From positions 160,001-224,000 of the forward strand of contig CAVVPN010000010.1 of assembly GCA_963750165.1 (NCBI GenBank): a stretch of DNA of 64,000 nt. The letters are read 5' to 3'. Positions 30,235-42,000 of this stretch are shown in pieces; the stretch's first letter is position 1, and each line of letters begins with the position of its first letter. The position numbers were made by a program, and so were the translations under genes. Source of the DNA: an uncultured Gemmataceae bacterium. Its GTDB lineage: Bacteria > Planctomycetota > Planctomycetia > Gemmatales > Gemmataceae. The notes below the pieces were generated by a model that was given only the letters and a program-made list of their open reading frames with translations, searched no databases and was not told the origin of the DNA.

Positions 30235-30642
30235 ATGAAACTTTCCGACTCCATCGCGCGTGCAATTACTCTATCGACGGCAATTTATGGGCGCAGGCCA
30301 AAACCGACAGAGGAATCATCGGAAGAAATCCGGTTCATCTGCGCTGCGGATATTCCTCAAAAAGAACCACCCCCGGAACATCACGAACTCAAGGCATTTC
30401 TCAACGGCCTTCCCGCCGCGACCATCTACATGATGACGGTAATCATGTACTTGGGGCGCGGAGAGGGAGAAGTGGACGTTCATAATCTGCTTGGAGAATA
30501 CGAGGAGATCAGTGACAAGTTCAAGAAGCTTGGCTCGGCGGTGTTTCAGATGATGAGTAAATCCGTGCTTGCAGAATACCTGGAGAAAGGTCTTGCGCTT
30601 CTTTCGGAATCCGGATTGGATGTTGACCGATTGCTTGAATAG
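30235..30642 (+). CDS. DUF3775-like protein
   Basis: LK.FL..LP...IMYLGRGE...QMMSK..LAEYLEKGL. Confidence 0.7.
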   Translation: MKLSDSIARAITLSTAIYGRRPKPTEESSEEIRFICAADIPQKEPPPEHHELKAFLNGLPAATIYMMTVIMYLGRGEGEVDVHNLLGEYEEISDKFKKLGSAVFQMMSKSVLAEYLEKGLALLSESGLDVDRLLE

Positions 30643-30705
30643 TGAGGTAGGGGCACTGGTTACTGGTTTTGATTGAACGCCGTAATGACACGAAACGGAG
30701 AACGA

Positions 30706-30897
30706 ATGAGTGTGCCTGTACGCAGTGAAATTCGCTCGGGGTTGCGCGTGCAAATCGTGGAGAAGCAGAATCAACCCACTGGCGCATTGACGGAGGGCAT
30801 CGTGGCCCGCATCCTCACCAAAAGTCCCACACACCCGCACGGCATCAAGGTGATGCTGGACAACGGCATAGTCGGGCGCGTGCAGGCGATTGTTTGA
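30706..30897 (+). CDS. YwbE (DUF2196) family protein
   Basis: V.IV.KQ.Q.TG.LTEG.V..ILTKSP.HPHGIKV.L..G.VGRV; GGAG RBS. Confidence 0.9.
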   Translation: MSVPVRSEIRSGLRVQIVEKQNQPTGALTEGIVARILTKSPTHPHGIKVMLDNGIVGRVQAIV

Positions 30898-31022
30898 GGT
30901 GGGTCCGCTCAACTGAAATCCGCCTCGGATGGTCGGCATCTTGACGGTGGCTTGGCGGCGCGGGAGGATGGGAATTGTCCCCTATGGCGGCATTCGGGCT
31001 CTCCCAGGTTCATTGTGCTAGC

Positions 31023-32207
31023 ATGAGTAAGCGCAACCGAAACTACCGCAGCGGCGATCGGGCAGAAGACCTTGGGATCTTCCTGTTGAAAGCGTTCTGC
31101 GCCGTGGCACCGATCCCCAGGCAGGAGGATTTCGGGTTGGCGGACGCCGTGGCCACACTTCTTCGGTCCGAGGGAAAGTTCTGGTACGCTGAGGACTCCT
31201 TTCTGGTGCAATTCAAATCCAGGACCGAAAAAAATTTGCCGCTGAAGGGGCCAGTCTTCGTACGGTGGCTCGCCCAGGATCTCTCGATTCTCGTCGGTCG
31301 GGTGAACCTCTTGACGGATTCGGTCGAGTTGTTCACGGCCGGTACAGCCCTGTTCGACCGCCGCGTGAATGAGGCCAAGGGTCTCTTGCTTTGGCTGAAA
31401 AGTGGTAAAGAGGGGCTTCACGACGAAATTTTACACCTGAAGTTGTTAAAGCCGATCCTGAAGTTGTCGGTAGCTGAGACAGAGAACTCAGGCTTCACTG
31501 ATCGAACCTACGGCATCCTAAAGGAGTGGCTCCGGCTAGAGCGATGGAACCGGCGTTACTTCCGTGCGGGCGTGGCACGCGAGATACTGTGGGAGACAAA
31601 CGAGATGCCCGAGGCGGGCGGGATAGTCCACACCTGGACCCCTGCCCACGGCCGGGAGGCCCTGGAAGACATCGAACCGCTAGTGCAGCTGCTCGGCGTG
31701 CATTCCCGACACCATCCCGAGTTATGGACCAGGCTACACGAGGTCGAAGCGACGCTTCGCGGTACAAATGACCTCGGCATGCCGGCTGGAATGTGGCCTT
31801 TCCTGCAATTGAGCGAAGATTCGTCCCGTCTGGCCGAAATCCTCAATCAGCACCCGACGGCGGATGTAGTCGCGACAATCCAGGTTCGGAGCTGGGATGC
31901 GCAAGGCGCCAACTTCTGGATTCATCTTCGTGGACAGAACAACGTGGGTAATTCGCACCGATACGAGGGAACATGGGAAGAGTTGAAGCAGAAGGGGTTT
32001 CATTTTGTGATCGAAGGGGACGCTCCGAACTACAAGCTCAAACCCGACCTCGCCCGATACTTCGCCAGCACTCAGTTCCCGCATGAGATCATCGAGAGTC
32101 CAGAAGCAAAGGTGACCCTGCGCCCTGGAGACCATTCCCCGCCCATCTTTCTGCGCCGCCTTCCCCTGAAAACCGCCGACGAACCTGAGGGCAATGCAGA
32201 AAAGTGA
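31023..32207 (+). CDS. Protein with N-terminal DUF4365-like restriction-endonuclease fold
   Basis: GDRAE...EDFGLAD...FLVQFKS. Confidence 0.6.
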   Translation: MSKRNRNYRSGDRAEDLGIFLLKAFCAVAPIPRQEDFGLADAVATLLRSEGKFWYAEDSFLVQFKSRTEKNLPLKGPVFVRWLAQDLSILVGRVNLLTDSVELFTAGTALFDRRVNEAKGLLLWLKSGKEGLHDEILHLKLLKPILKLSVAETENSGFTDRTYGILKEWLRLERWNRRYFRAGVAREILWETNEMPEAGGIVHTWTPAHGREALEDIEPLVQLLGVHSRHHPELWTRLHEVEATLRGTNDLGMPAGMWPFLQLSEDSSRLAEILNQHPTADVVATIQVRSWDAQGANFWIHLRGQNNVGNSHRYEGTWEELKQKGFHFVIEGDAPNYKLKPDLARYFASTQFPHEIIESPEAKVTLRPGDHSPPIFLRRLPLKTADEPEGNAEK

Positions 32208-32350
32208 GCAAGCCGAGCCCACCGAACAGGACATTCGCAACGGCGAGACTAGGGCCGCGATCGCCGAAACGCAGAACGCTGAGTACGACAAGGCGTACCT
32301 CTTGGCCCTCAGCGTCCTCGGCGGCCCGAGTGGCTTTCCGGAACCAGAAC

Positions 32351-35300
32351 TCAAAACAACGTGGCCTGGTACGCCTTCTGCCTCGGGCCGGCTGCCACAC
32401 GTTGCCGGTAATCAATGGACTTGTCTGACAGGTCCTGGTCCGCGGTCGTGTCGGGCGCGGGACTCTCAGGCGGAGCGGCCTGTTCAGGGCCGGCCTGTGA
32501 CGTGGCCGCGGCCACCTCGGTTGCCGGTGGCGGTGAGGCGTCCGCACACCCCTCGCTATCGCTCCCGCGTGGCGGGTCGGGGATGACCCCAGGCCCGGTT
32601 GCGGGGAGGGCCTCGGCCCGGCGGCGGATGCGCGCCGTCACCGGTTCCTCCGCCGACGCGGTGCGCTTGCCCGTCCGCGGCGGCGCAGCCTCGACCGCGT
32701 TCCCGGCCCGCAACTGCTTGATCCGTTCCGCCAGTTCGGCGACGGTCGGGCCGGTTGCTTGTTCCGGCTCCTGCGGCTGTGCCGTCAGCCCAGCTTTCAG
32801 CTGGTCGCGCAGGGCGGTCAACTCGTCCAGGTAGGCCCCGTGCGCGAACGGCTGTCCGAGCCGCGCCTGGAAATCCCGCAGTTGGTTCTCGGTAATGTCC
32901 AATTCCTGCCGGGTGCGGTTGCGGGCCACTTCATACCCGGCGGCCAGCCGTTCGATGGCGTTCAGGACGGCTTTGGGGCCGTGGTGGTCACGCGACAACT
33001 GATCCTGCCGCCTGCTGGCGCCTTCGAGGTACACTTCCGGCGACCAGTTGGGGTGCAGGATGACGCCGAATTTCAGGCCGCGGTAGACCCCCAGGGGGAA
33101 GTGCCGCGTCAGGCCGACTGTCCGCGGCAGGGCGTCGAGGCCCTCCCCCAGCGTCGCCACCAGTTCCTCCCGGAGCGGTTTCCTGTTGCCGATCACGATG
33201 GGATCGTGGACGTGGGCCTGGGCGGTCGCCAGGTCCGCCGTGAGGCTCGCCAGGCGGCTCTGCAACCGCCCGATGGTTTCGGGGAGTTCGCGGACATTCC
33301 GCCGCGCCAGGTATTGCTCGTCCACCCAGCTTTTCCGCAGGATCGCCAGGCGCTGCAATTCGGCGTCGGCCTCGGCCAGCGTCAGCACCGCCGGGTTGCC
33401 CGACGCGATCGCCTTCACCTCGGCGTAACTTAATTCCTGCCCGCCGACGTCCTCGGCCTTCCGCGCCGACGTGTCGGCCGTCATGATCTGGCTGATGAAG
33501 CGCGCCTTGGTCTCCAGCGTTTGCCACATGAAGGCGTCGAAGCTCCCGGAAGTGACGTAGCGGTAGATGGCCACTTCCTGGTTCGCGTTGCCCTGGCGGA
33601 GGATGCGGCCCTCGCGCTGCTCCACCTCGGCCGGCTTCCACGGCGCGTCCAGGTGGTGCAGGGCGATCAACCGCTTCTGGACGTTGGTGCCGGTGCCCAT
33701 CTTGGTGGTGCTGCCGAGCAGCACGCGCACCTGGCCGCCCCGGACTTTCTCGAACAGCACGCGCTTCTTGGCGTCGGAGTCGGCGTCGCCGATCACCGCG
33801 ATCTGCTCGCGCGGGATGCCGCTGCGCGCGAGTTTCTCCGCGATCTCCTCATAGGCGCTGAAACCCCAGGGCGTCGGGTGAACGCCCATGTCGCAGAAGA
33901 TCAGCTGCGTGGAGCGGGCCGGCGCGGTGCGCCGCCAGATGTCCACGACGTTGCTCACCAACGCGTTGATCTTCGAGTCGGGATGATCCGCCGCCGCGGG
34001 GGACAGCATGCGTGCGTCGAGGGCGAGCTTGCGTCCGTCGGTGGTGATGGCCAGGGCGTTATCCTCGCGGGGATCGACGCCGCCGTTACGGATGCGCTCG
34101 TACCGCGCCACCAGCTCCTGTTGCAGCTGCGCCTGCTCCGGCGACATCGGGCAGGCGACGACGTGCGGCTTGTTCCCTTCCAGCCGAGGCCTGGGCAGGT
34201 TGAGCATGTCCGCCGTCTGCACGTCGGCGAAGGCTCGGAACATCTGCTGCAATTCGGGGAGGTTCACGAAGCGGGCGAAGCGGCTGCGGGGCTTGAGCGT
34301 CTTGCCGTCGGGGGAGATTTCCATCGACTCCACGACCTCGCCGAAGTTGGCGGCCCAGGCGTCGAAATGGTCGATGCCGCCCCGGCGCAAGCCCTCCGGG
34401 TCGAGGAAGCGCTGCATCGTGTACATCTCGACGAGGCTGTTGCTGATGGGCGTGCCGGTGGCGGCCGTCAGCCCGTGGCCGGGGTGTTGCTGGTGCAGGT
34501 AGCGGGCTTTCATGTACGTGTCAAAGGCCCGCTCGCTCCCCCCCGTCTGAATGCCCGCCACGCGATCCATTTTCGTGGCGGCCTCCAGGTTCTTGAAATA
34601 CTGGAATTCATCAACAAACAGGTGGTCAACGCCCAGTTCATCGAACACCAGGCCGTCGTCCTTCTTGTCCTGGGCCAGCAGGTCTCTTAACCGTTCCTCG
34701 CGGCCTGCTTTTTGCTTCTCGATCGTCTTGATCAGGTTCCTTGCGGCCCGGTCGGATTTGTTGGCGGCGGTTTCGCAGAGCAGGCGGTCATATTCCTCGA
34801 TCTGCTCCCGCAGGAATTGCGCCTGGTAGTCCTTCGACATGGCGATCTTCTCGAACGAGGAGTGGGTCACAATGATGCCGTCCCAGTCACCGGAAGCGAT
34901 TTTCGCGGTCAGCAGCTTGCGCCGCTCCTTGGTGAAATCCTCTTTCGACGCGACCAGCAGTTTCGCATTCGGGTAGACGTGCAGGAATTCGCGGGCGAAC
35001 TGCTCTAACAGGTGATTGGGCACCACGTACATCGGCTTGTTGATGAGGCCGGCCTGCTTCATCTTCATGCCGGTGGCGGCCATGCAGGCGGTCTTGCCGG
35101 CCCCGACCACGTGCGCCAGTAGCGTGTTGCCGCCGCTCATGCCGCGCCAGACCGCGTCCTGCTGGTGCTGGCGCAGCGAAAACGCCGGGCTCATCCCCGG
35201 GAACTCCAGGTGCGTGCCGTCAAACAGCCTGGGGCGTAGGTTGTTGTAGGTGTCGTTGTAAATCCGAACTAACCGCTCCGTCCGATCAGGATCAGTGAAG

Positions 35301-38300
35301 ACCCACGCCTTGAACTTCTCCTTGATGAGTTTCTGCTTCTCGCGGGCGGTGAGCGTCTCCTGCTGGTTGACGACGCGCTTGTCGGGGTCGTTCGGGTCGG
35401 GGTCGTAGACGGTGGGCGATTTCTGGTTGAGCGCCAACTCCAGCAGCCAGGTGCCGCTGGCCCGCGCCGTGCCGAAGTCGGCGGTGGCGGCCACCGACTT
35501 CAGGGCGGCGTAGCCGAAGTCGATGCTCCACAGGGCGTCTCGGGCCAGGTGCGCCACCTGGATCGCGTCGTGCTCGACCTGGAAGAGGTGGGCGGCGAAC
35601 GCCTGGATGTCGGATTCGGGTATCCACGGCGCGCCGAGGTTGGCGTCGATGTCGCCGGGCAACACGTCCTCGGGCTGCACCCTGCGCAGGGCCTCGGTGT
35701 TGCGCTGGTATTCCGCCCCGGCGGCCTCGGCCTGGGCGAGTTTGGCGCGGACGTTGCCGGAGAGGTATGCGTCGGCGGTTTGCCATTCCTTCGCGAAGGG
35801 ATCGCGGTAGATCAGGTCGCCCAATTCGCTGAGGACTTGTGCCTCGGGCTGGCCGTACAGCTGCGCGATGAACGGGACATCGACGCCGCCGTGCCGGTCA
35901 AGGGAAACCAGCAGGCCCTCCTCGGCGCTGGTGACGGCGGTGACGGGTGGCTTCTGGCCTACCACGTCCTGGTGCATGATCGGTGCCTTGGTGGCCTTGC
36001 CCGTCTCCTCGTCGTAGTCCTCCAGCGACATCACCAGCATGGCGTCCGGGTCTTGCTTGAACAGGGCGAGGTTGGGCATGCGGCGGATGACCGTGCCGTC
36101 CTTCGTCTCGCTGAAGGTCGTTTTGTTGATGGGGCCGTAAGCGCGGGCGAAGCGGTCATACGCCTGGTTGAGCTGCTTGCGGGCCTGGACGCGCGCCTCC
36201 TCTGGCCAGCCTTCGTTCTGGGACTGGAGCACGCGGCGGGCGAGGTCGCGCAGGCCGATCAGGTCGCCCATGCGCCGCCCGAACATCGCCCCGCCTTCCC
36301 AAAGCTGGGAGCCACCGTACACGACCGGCTTGGCCTGCCCGTCGATCAGTTGGTGGATGCGGCGGTCGTGGACAAAGAAACTGCCTTCGGAGACGTGGCG
36401 CTCGGGTGGCGGCGGCACGAAAGCGGTGGCTGCCGGAGCTGCGGCCGCGGCGGTGGCCTGGGTCGTTTCCAGTTGCGGCAGGCGCTGGATCGCCTCCCTC
36501 AGTTGCTCGGCCAGGTCGCCGTTCGACTCGACGCTGAAGCCTTCCGTGCCATAGTGCAGGTTTTTTCGGCTCCAGGTGCCCAGTACCTGCTCTGGATGGT
36601 TGAGAAAATACTTGTTGACCGCCACCTCGGCGCCGTCCACGGTCAGCGGCGCGACGCCCAGCCAATCGGGGTCGGCGTGCCGGGCGGGTTTTCCCGGCGC
36701 CCGCTTGTGCAGGAACACGATGTCGGTGACGACCGCCGTGCCTTCGCGCTTGAACGCATCGGAAGGCAGGCGGATCGCGCCCAGGAAGTCTGCCTGTCCG
36801 GCCAGGTATTCGCGCAACTGCGCGTTCTGCTTGTCCAGGGTGTAATGGCTGGTGACGAGGGCGAGCACGCCGCCGGGCTTCAGGGCATCGGCCGATTTGG
36901 CGAAGAAGTAGTCGTGCAGGGAATAGGTCTGGCCCCGGTGGTCGAGCTTCAGGTCGGCGAACGGCACGTTGCCGATCACCGCGTCGAGTGGCGGCAGTTT
37001 CGTGTCGCGGAAGTTCTCGATGCGGATGTCGGCCTGCGGGTGCAGCACCCGGGCGATGCGCCCGGAGATGCTGTCCATCTCCACGCCGAGGAAGCGCATG
37101 TCCTTCGGCGCCAGCATGAGGAAGCGCCCCGGGGGCCGCAGCCCGGCTCCAGCACCCGGGAATGATCAGGAACACCCAGGCGCTGCAGGGCCGCGAACAT
37201 GGCGCGGATGACGGTCGAGGAGGTGTAGAAGGCGTTGAACGTGGTGCGCTTGGCGGAGTCGTATTCCGGGTCGGTGAGCAGCGACCGCAATTCCTCGCCG
37301 ATGGCCTGCCAGGCGGCATCCTTGTAGCGGCCGGTGACCGGGTTGGGGAAGAGCGTCAGGGCGACCGGCCCGAAGCCGCCAAAGCGGGCGAAGATCTGGC
37401 GCTCCTCGGGTGTTGCCGCGCGGCGCTCCTGCTCGATGGCCTTCAGCGTCCGGATCGCGGCGAGGATGTCGCGGGCCTTGGCCTTCTCGCCGCCGGCGAT
37501 CTGGACTTGAGATGCGGTTTCGTGCTCGCTGGTCGGCGGCCTGGGTTTCGGCAGTGCCGGCGGCTCGGGCGTATGCAGCGGTGGGGCATCGAATGGCAGC
37601 AGTAGCTGGGTAGCTTTCACGGCGCGGTCTCCTAACGCTTGCAGCCCCGCCACCGGGGCCTGACGGTGCGCAGCAAAATCAGCCTCAGCCGGGAGCGCAG
37701 CGCCGGTGCCAGCGGAAATTTGGGGGAGACCTTCAGGGGGAGCCGGATTTGCGCTGGCAGCGGCCGGCGGGCTGATTAGCGTGCCGTCATCATGCGCACC
37801 GGGCGGGGCCGGATCGGCGGGAGGGGAATCGGCGGGAGAAGACGCATCGAAGTCGAGCAGCGGCTGGCGCCAGCCGTTCAGGCGGGCCGGGTGGGGCGGA
37901 GATACGCCATCGCCGCGTCGAGGGACAGCGGCTCGTCCTCGTCCTGCGGCGACGCGGGAGGCAAAGAATCCTCCAACTCCCGCAGGGCGATCTCCAGGGC
38001 TTCGCTCGCGATCTGCTCCGCGCTGCTGCCCGGCCTCGTTTGGGCGAGTTGCTCCTGCCAATGCTGGTGGCGGTCCTTCAACTCCTGGGCGTAAGTCTCC
38101 AGTGCCGGCAGTAGGGCTTTCTCCCTGGCGAGCTGATCGTGCAGCGCTGGCCGGTCCTGGATCAGTTGCAAGCAGATGGTCTTGTACTGCATGGGTGCTT
38201 CCTTTCTCGTGAGCAAGAACGGGGGTTTGCGGCGCTTCGTCATCGCCGGTGTCGGGCGGGAATTCCAGCAGGGGCTGGTAAAAATGCTGCTTCCGTGCCA

Positions 38301-38301
38301 T
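32351..38301 (-). CDS. N6-adenine DNA methyltransferase-SF2 helicase fusion (DarB-like); frameshift near 37130; start uncertain
   Basis: NAFYTS, VLEPGCG.G, IGNVPF, HDYFF; LAHVVGAGKT, VDEFQ, ATGTPISNS, GTGTNVQ, QREGRILRQGN. Confidence 0.9.
37878..38192 (-). CDS. Small helical protein (TnpV-like) upstream of the helicase
   Basis: MQYKTICLQLIQDRPALH...EALEIA; AAGGAAG RBS. Confidence 0.65.
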   Translation of the reverse strand: MQYKTICLQLIQDRPALHDQLAREKALLPALETYAQELKDRHQHWQEQLAQTRPGSSAEQIASEALEIALRELEDSLPPASPQDEDEPLSLDAAMAYLRPTRPA

Positions 38302-39067
38302 ATCCGAAGCGCGCTAGTTGCTCCGCGGCGGGATCGCCGCGGCGTCCGGCACCGGAAGCAAGAGTCGTGCCGATCGCCGGGCTGGTGGGTTGGTCGATCA
38401 GGAGGCGCTCAAAGCCGCGCCACGGCGGTCGAACGTGTTCACAGGCCGAAGGTGGCACGGGTGCAGGTGCGGACAAAATGCGGTAGCCTTGAACCTGACC
38501 AGGCTTCGATGGGGTCTGAGGCAGTTGCTGAAGGCGGTGTGTCGGCCCTCCGCGCGCTGCGAACTTCCGCTTGCGCCCGCCGGTGGATCCGACCGGAGCA
38601 AGCAGCGCATATTCTGTGACGACTACCTTATATATTAAAGTATCAAAGAGCGGGACAACGTCAACCCGTGCGGATCGGCTGAAGGATGTTCAACGCTCCA
38701 TTACAAGCTGTGACTTCCTGCACCGCCTGCGGGCGCTCGAGCTGCATCAGTCGCCCATCGGCGAGGAGGTGGGAGGGTGCTGTTCGGCTCGCCATACCTG
38801 GCGGGACTGCGCGAGCTTCATCAGTGTGTGAGGTCCTCTGGCTTCACCGAAATCGGCGTTGATCGTCTCATGATAAGACGCGGCAGGCGCCTGGCTCATC
38901 CTGCTTCCGCGACCACCAAAGAATGGGCGCTGCCTGGAAGAGGGGCGGTAGGGGAAGCGGTGGTCTGCAGCGCAGGCGGTGTGGCCTTCGATCCTGGCGG
39001 CATGCCCTTGCAAGAACAATCACACGGCGTCCGCCGATTCGTTCGGCGGACGCCGTGCATTCTCCGC

Positions 39068-42000
39068 TCAGTACCCGAGGCCCAAAACGGTCAGAGTGCC
39101 GCCAGTCGGATTGTTGCCAGTCGGATTGCTGTCAGTCAGCGTGTTGACAGTGCCGTCGCTCAACTGGACGGCGTCAATCCCTTCAAAAGTACCCGCGGCG
39201 AGGTCGGTGTCCGTGTAGATGCAGATCTCGCACGTGAGGTAACTGGTGGGCGCCCCGAAGTTGACGATGAGGTCGTCCGGGCCGCCGGTTGGCGTCGTGT
39301 CGGCCCCCATCCAGACGGTGTGGGCGATGCCGTCGGTGTCGATCAGGTCCACGCGGGTCACGAAGCCGTTGCCGCTGGTCTCGCGGATGGTGAATCCCGT
39401 GGCGTTCACCGCCGTGTCGAAGCCCAGCGTCAGCGTCTCGGTCGTGCCGCCCTGCGACGCCGGCGACCAGGCGGTGGCGCTGGGTCCATAGCTGAGGGTG
39501 TCCGGCGCCCCCAGCGCCGCCGCCGAGCCGGTGCTGTTCTGCGAGCTGAAATCCACGACGGAGCTGGCCCACTGGCCACTGCCGTAGATGGACACGTAGA
39601 CGGTGGCGGTGGCCGTGTCGCCGTTGCCGTCGCTGACCGTGTAAGTGAAGGTGTCGTCGCCGACCGCGCCGGGGTTGGGCGTGTAGGTGACGGTATTGTC
39701 GGGGTTGATGATGACGGTGCCGAAGGCGCCCTGCGTCACGGCACTGACCGTGAGCGCGGCGCCGCTGGCGTCGCTGACGTTGTTGAGCACGTTCACCGCG
39801 ACCGGCTGGCCCGTGGTCGTCACCGCGCTGACATCCGTGGCCGTGGGCGGGGCGCTCACGCTGAGGGTGACGGTGCCCAGGTCGCTGTTGCTGTTGCCGT
39901 CGCTCGCCGTGAACGTGAAGGAGTCGGTGCCGACGAAGCCGGCGTTCGGCGTGTAGGTGAACGAGCCGTCGGCGTTGAGCGTCAGCGTGCCGTTGCTCGG
40001 GCCGCTGGCCAGACTGGCGGTAATGGCGTCGCCCTCGTCGTCGTAGGCGTCGGACAGCACGCCGTTGTTCGCGGCCACCGTCAGTTGCCCATTCACCGCG
40101 ACCTGGTAGGTGGCGTCGAAGACCTGCGGGGCCCAGTCGTGGACGACCACCTGGACGGTGGCGGTGGCTGTGTCACCGTTACCGTCGCTGACCGTGTAGG
40201 TGAAGGTGTCGTCGCTGGCCGCGCCGGGGTCGGGCGTGTAGGTGACGGTGTTGTCGGGGTTGACGATGACGGTGCCGAAGGCGCCCTGCGTCACGGCACT
40301 GACCGTGAGCGCGGCGCCGCTGGCGTTGTCGAGCACGTTCACCACGACCGGCTGGCCCGTGGTCGTCACCGCGCTGACATCCGTGGCCGTGAGCGGGGCG
40401 CTCACGCTGAGGGTGACGGTGCCGGGGTCGCTGGTGCTGTTGCCGTCGCTCGCCGTGAACGTGAAGGAGTCGGTGCCGACGAAGCCGGCGTTCGGCGTGT
40501 AGGTGAACGAGCCGTCGGCGTTGAGCGTCAGTGTGCCGTTGCTCGGGCCGTTGGCCAGGCTGGCGGTAATGGCGTCCCCCGTATCGTCGTAGGCGTCGGA
40601 CAGCACGCCGTTGTTCGCGGCCACCGTCAGTTGCCCATTCACCGCGACCTGGTAGGTGGCGTCGAAGGCTTGCGGGGCCCAGTTGTGGACGACCACCTGG
40701 ACGGTGGCAGTGTTGCTGGTGTTGACCCCGTCGCTGGCCTGGTAGGTGAAGGAGTCGGTGCCGACGAAACCGGCGTCGGGCGTGTAGGTGACGGTATTGT
40801 CGGGGTTGATGATGACGGTGCCGAAGGCGCCCTGCGTCACGGCACTGACCGTGAGCGCGGCGCCGCTGGCGTCGCGGACGTTGTTGAGCACGTTCACCGC
40901 GACCGGCTGGCCCGTGGTCGTCACCGCGCTGACATCCGTGGCCGTGGGCGGGGCGCTCACGCTGAGGGTGACGGTGCCCAGGTCGCTGTTGCTGTTGCCG
41001 TCGCTCGCCGTGAACGTGAAGGAGTCGGTGCCGACGAAGCCGGCGTTCGGCGTGTAGGTGAACGAGCCGTCGGCGTTGAGCGTCAGCGTGCCGTTGCTCG
41101 GGCCGCTGGCCAGACTGGCGGTAATGGCGTCGCCCTCGTCGTCGTAGGCGTCGGACAGCACGCCGTTGTTCGCGGCCACCGTCAGTTGCCCATTCACCGC
41201 GACCTGGTAGGTGGCGTCGAAGGCTTGCGGGGCCCAGTTGTGGACGACCACCTGGACGGTGGCAGCGTCGCTGGTGCTGATCCCGTTGCTGGCCTGGTAG
41301 GTGAAGGACTCGGTGCCGACGAAGCCGACGTCGGGCGTGTAGGTGAAGGTGCCGTCGCCGTTGTCGGTCAGGGTGCCGTCGCTCGGGCCGGTCACGATCG
41401 CAGCCGTCAGCGTGTCCCCATCCGGGTTTATGGCGGTATCCGTCAGGTCGGCGGTTGTGATGGTCAGGGTCTGGTTGTACGCAGTGTACAGCACGTCGTT
41501 CGAGGCGTCCGGGGGAGCGTCGTGAACCACCAAGGAAAGGGTGGTGTTGCTGGTGTTGAACCCGTCGCTGACCTGGTAGGTGAGGGTGTCGGTGCCCACG
41601 AAGCCGGGGTTGGGCATGTAGGTGAAGGTGCCATCGCCGTTGTCGGTCAGGGTGCCGTCGCTGGGGCCGGTCACAATCGCGGCCGTCAGCGTGTACCCCT
41701 GCGGGTCGGTGGCGTTGGCCAGGAGGTCGGTGGTGCTGAAGGTGAGGGGCTGGTCGTGGATGACATCCAGGCCGATGTTCCCGGCGGTCGGGGCCTGGTT
41801 CGCCACGTTCAGAGTGACCGTGGCGGGAGCGCTGGTCAGACCGTCGGCGGTGACCGTGTAGGTGAACGTGTCGGCGCCGACGAAGCCGGCGTTCGGGATG
41901 TAGGCGAACGAGCCGTCAGCGTTGAGCGTCAGCGCGCCGTTGCTCGGGCCGCTTACGACCGTGGCATTGGAGATTTGGTCCCCGTCGGAGTCGGTCGCGT

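Larger units (their letters stand above)
12714..38301. mobile_element. Integrated or co-assembled mobilisable plasmid backbone; boundaries approximate
   Basis: RepA with iterons, ParA/ParG, RepB primase, MOBF relaxase and DarB-like helicase lying between chromosomal-type genes. Confidence 0.75.

Noticed and set aside
38510..38545. GGGGTCTGA as a Tn3-family terminal repeat
   Set aside because: Similarity is limited to the first 9 bp; no partner IR or Tn3 transposase was found.
39600..41340. Regular repeats considered as a CRISPR array or DGR template/variable pair
   Set aside because: Long in-frame coding repeats without unique spacers; no cas or reverse transcriptase gene seen in the window.
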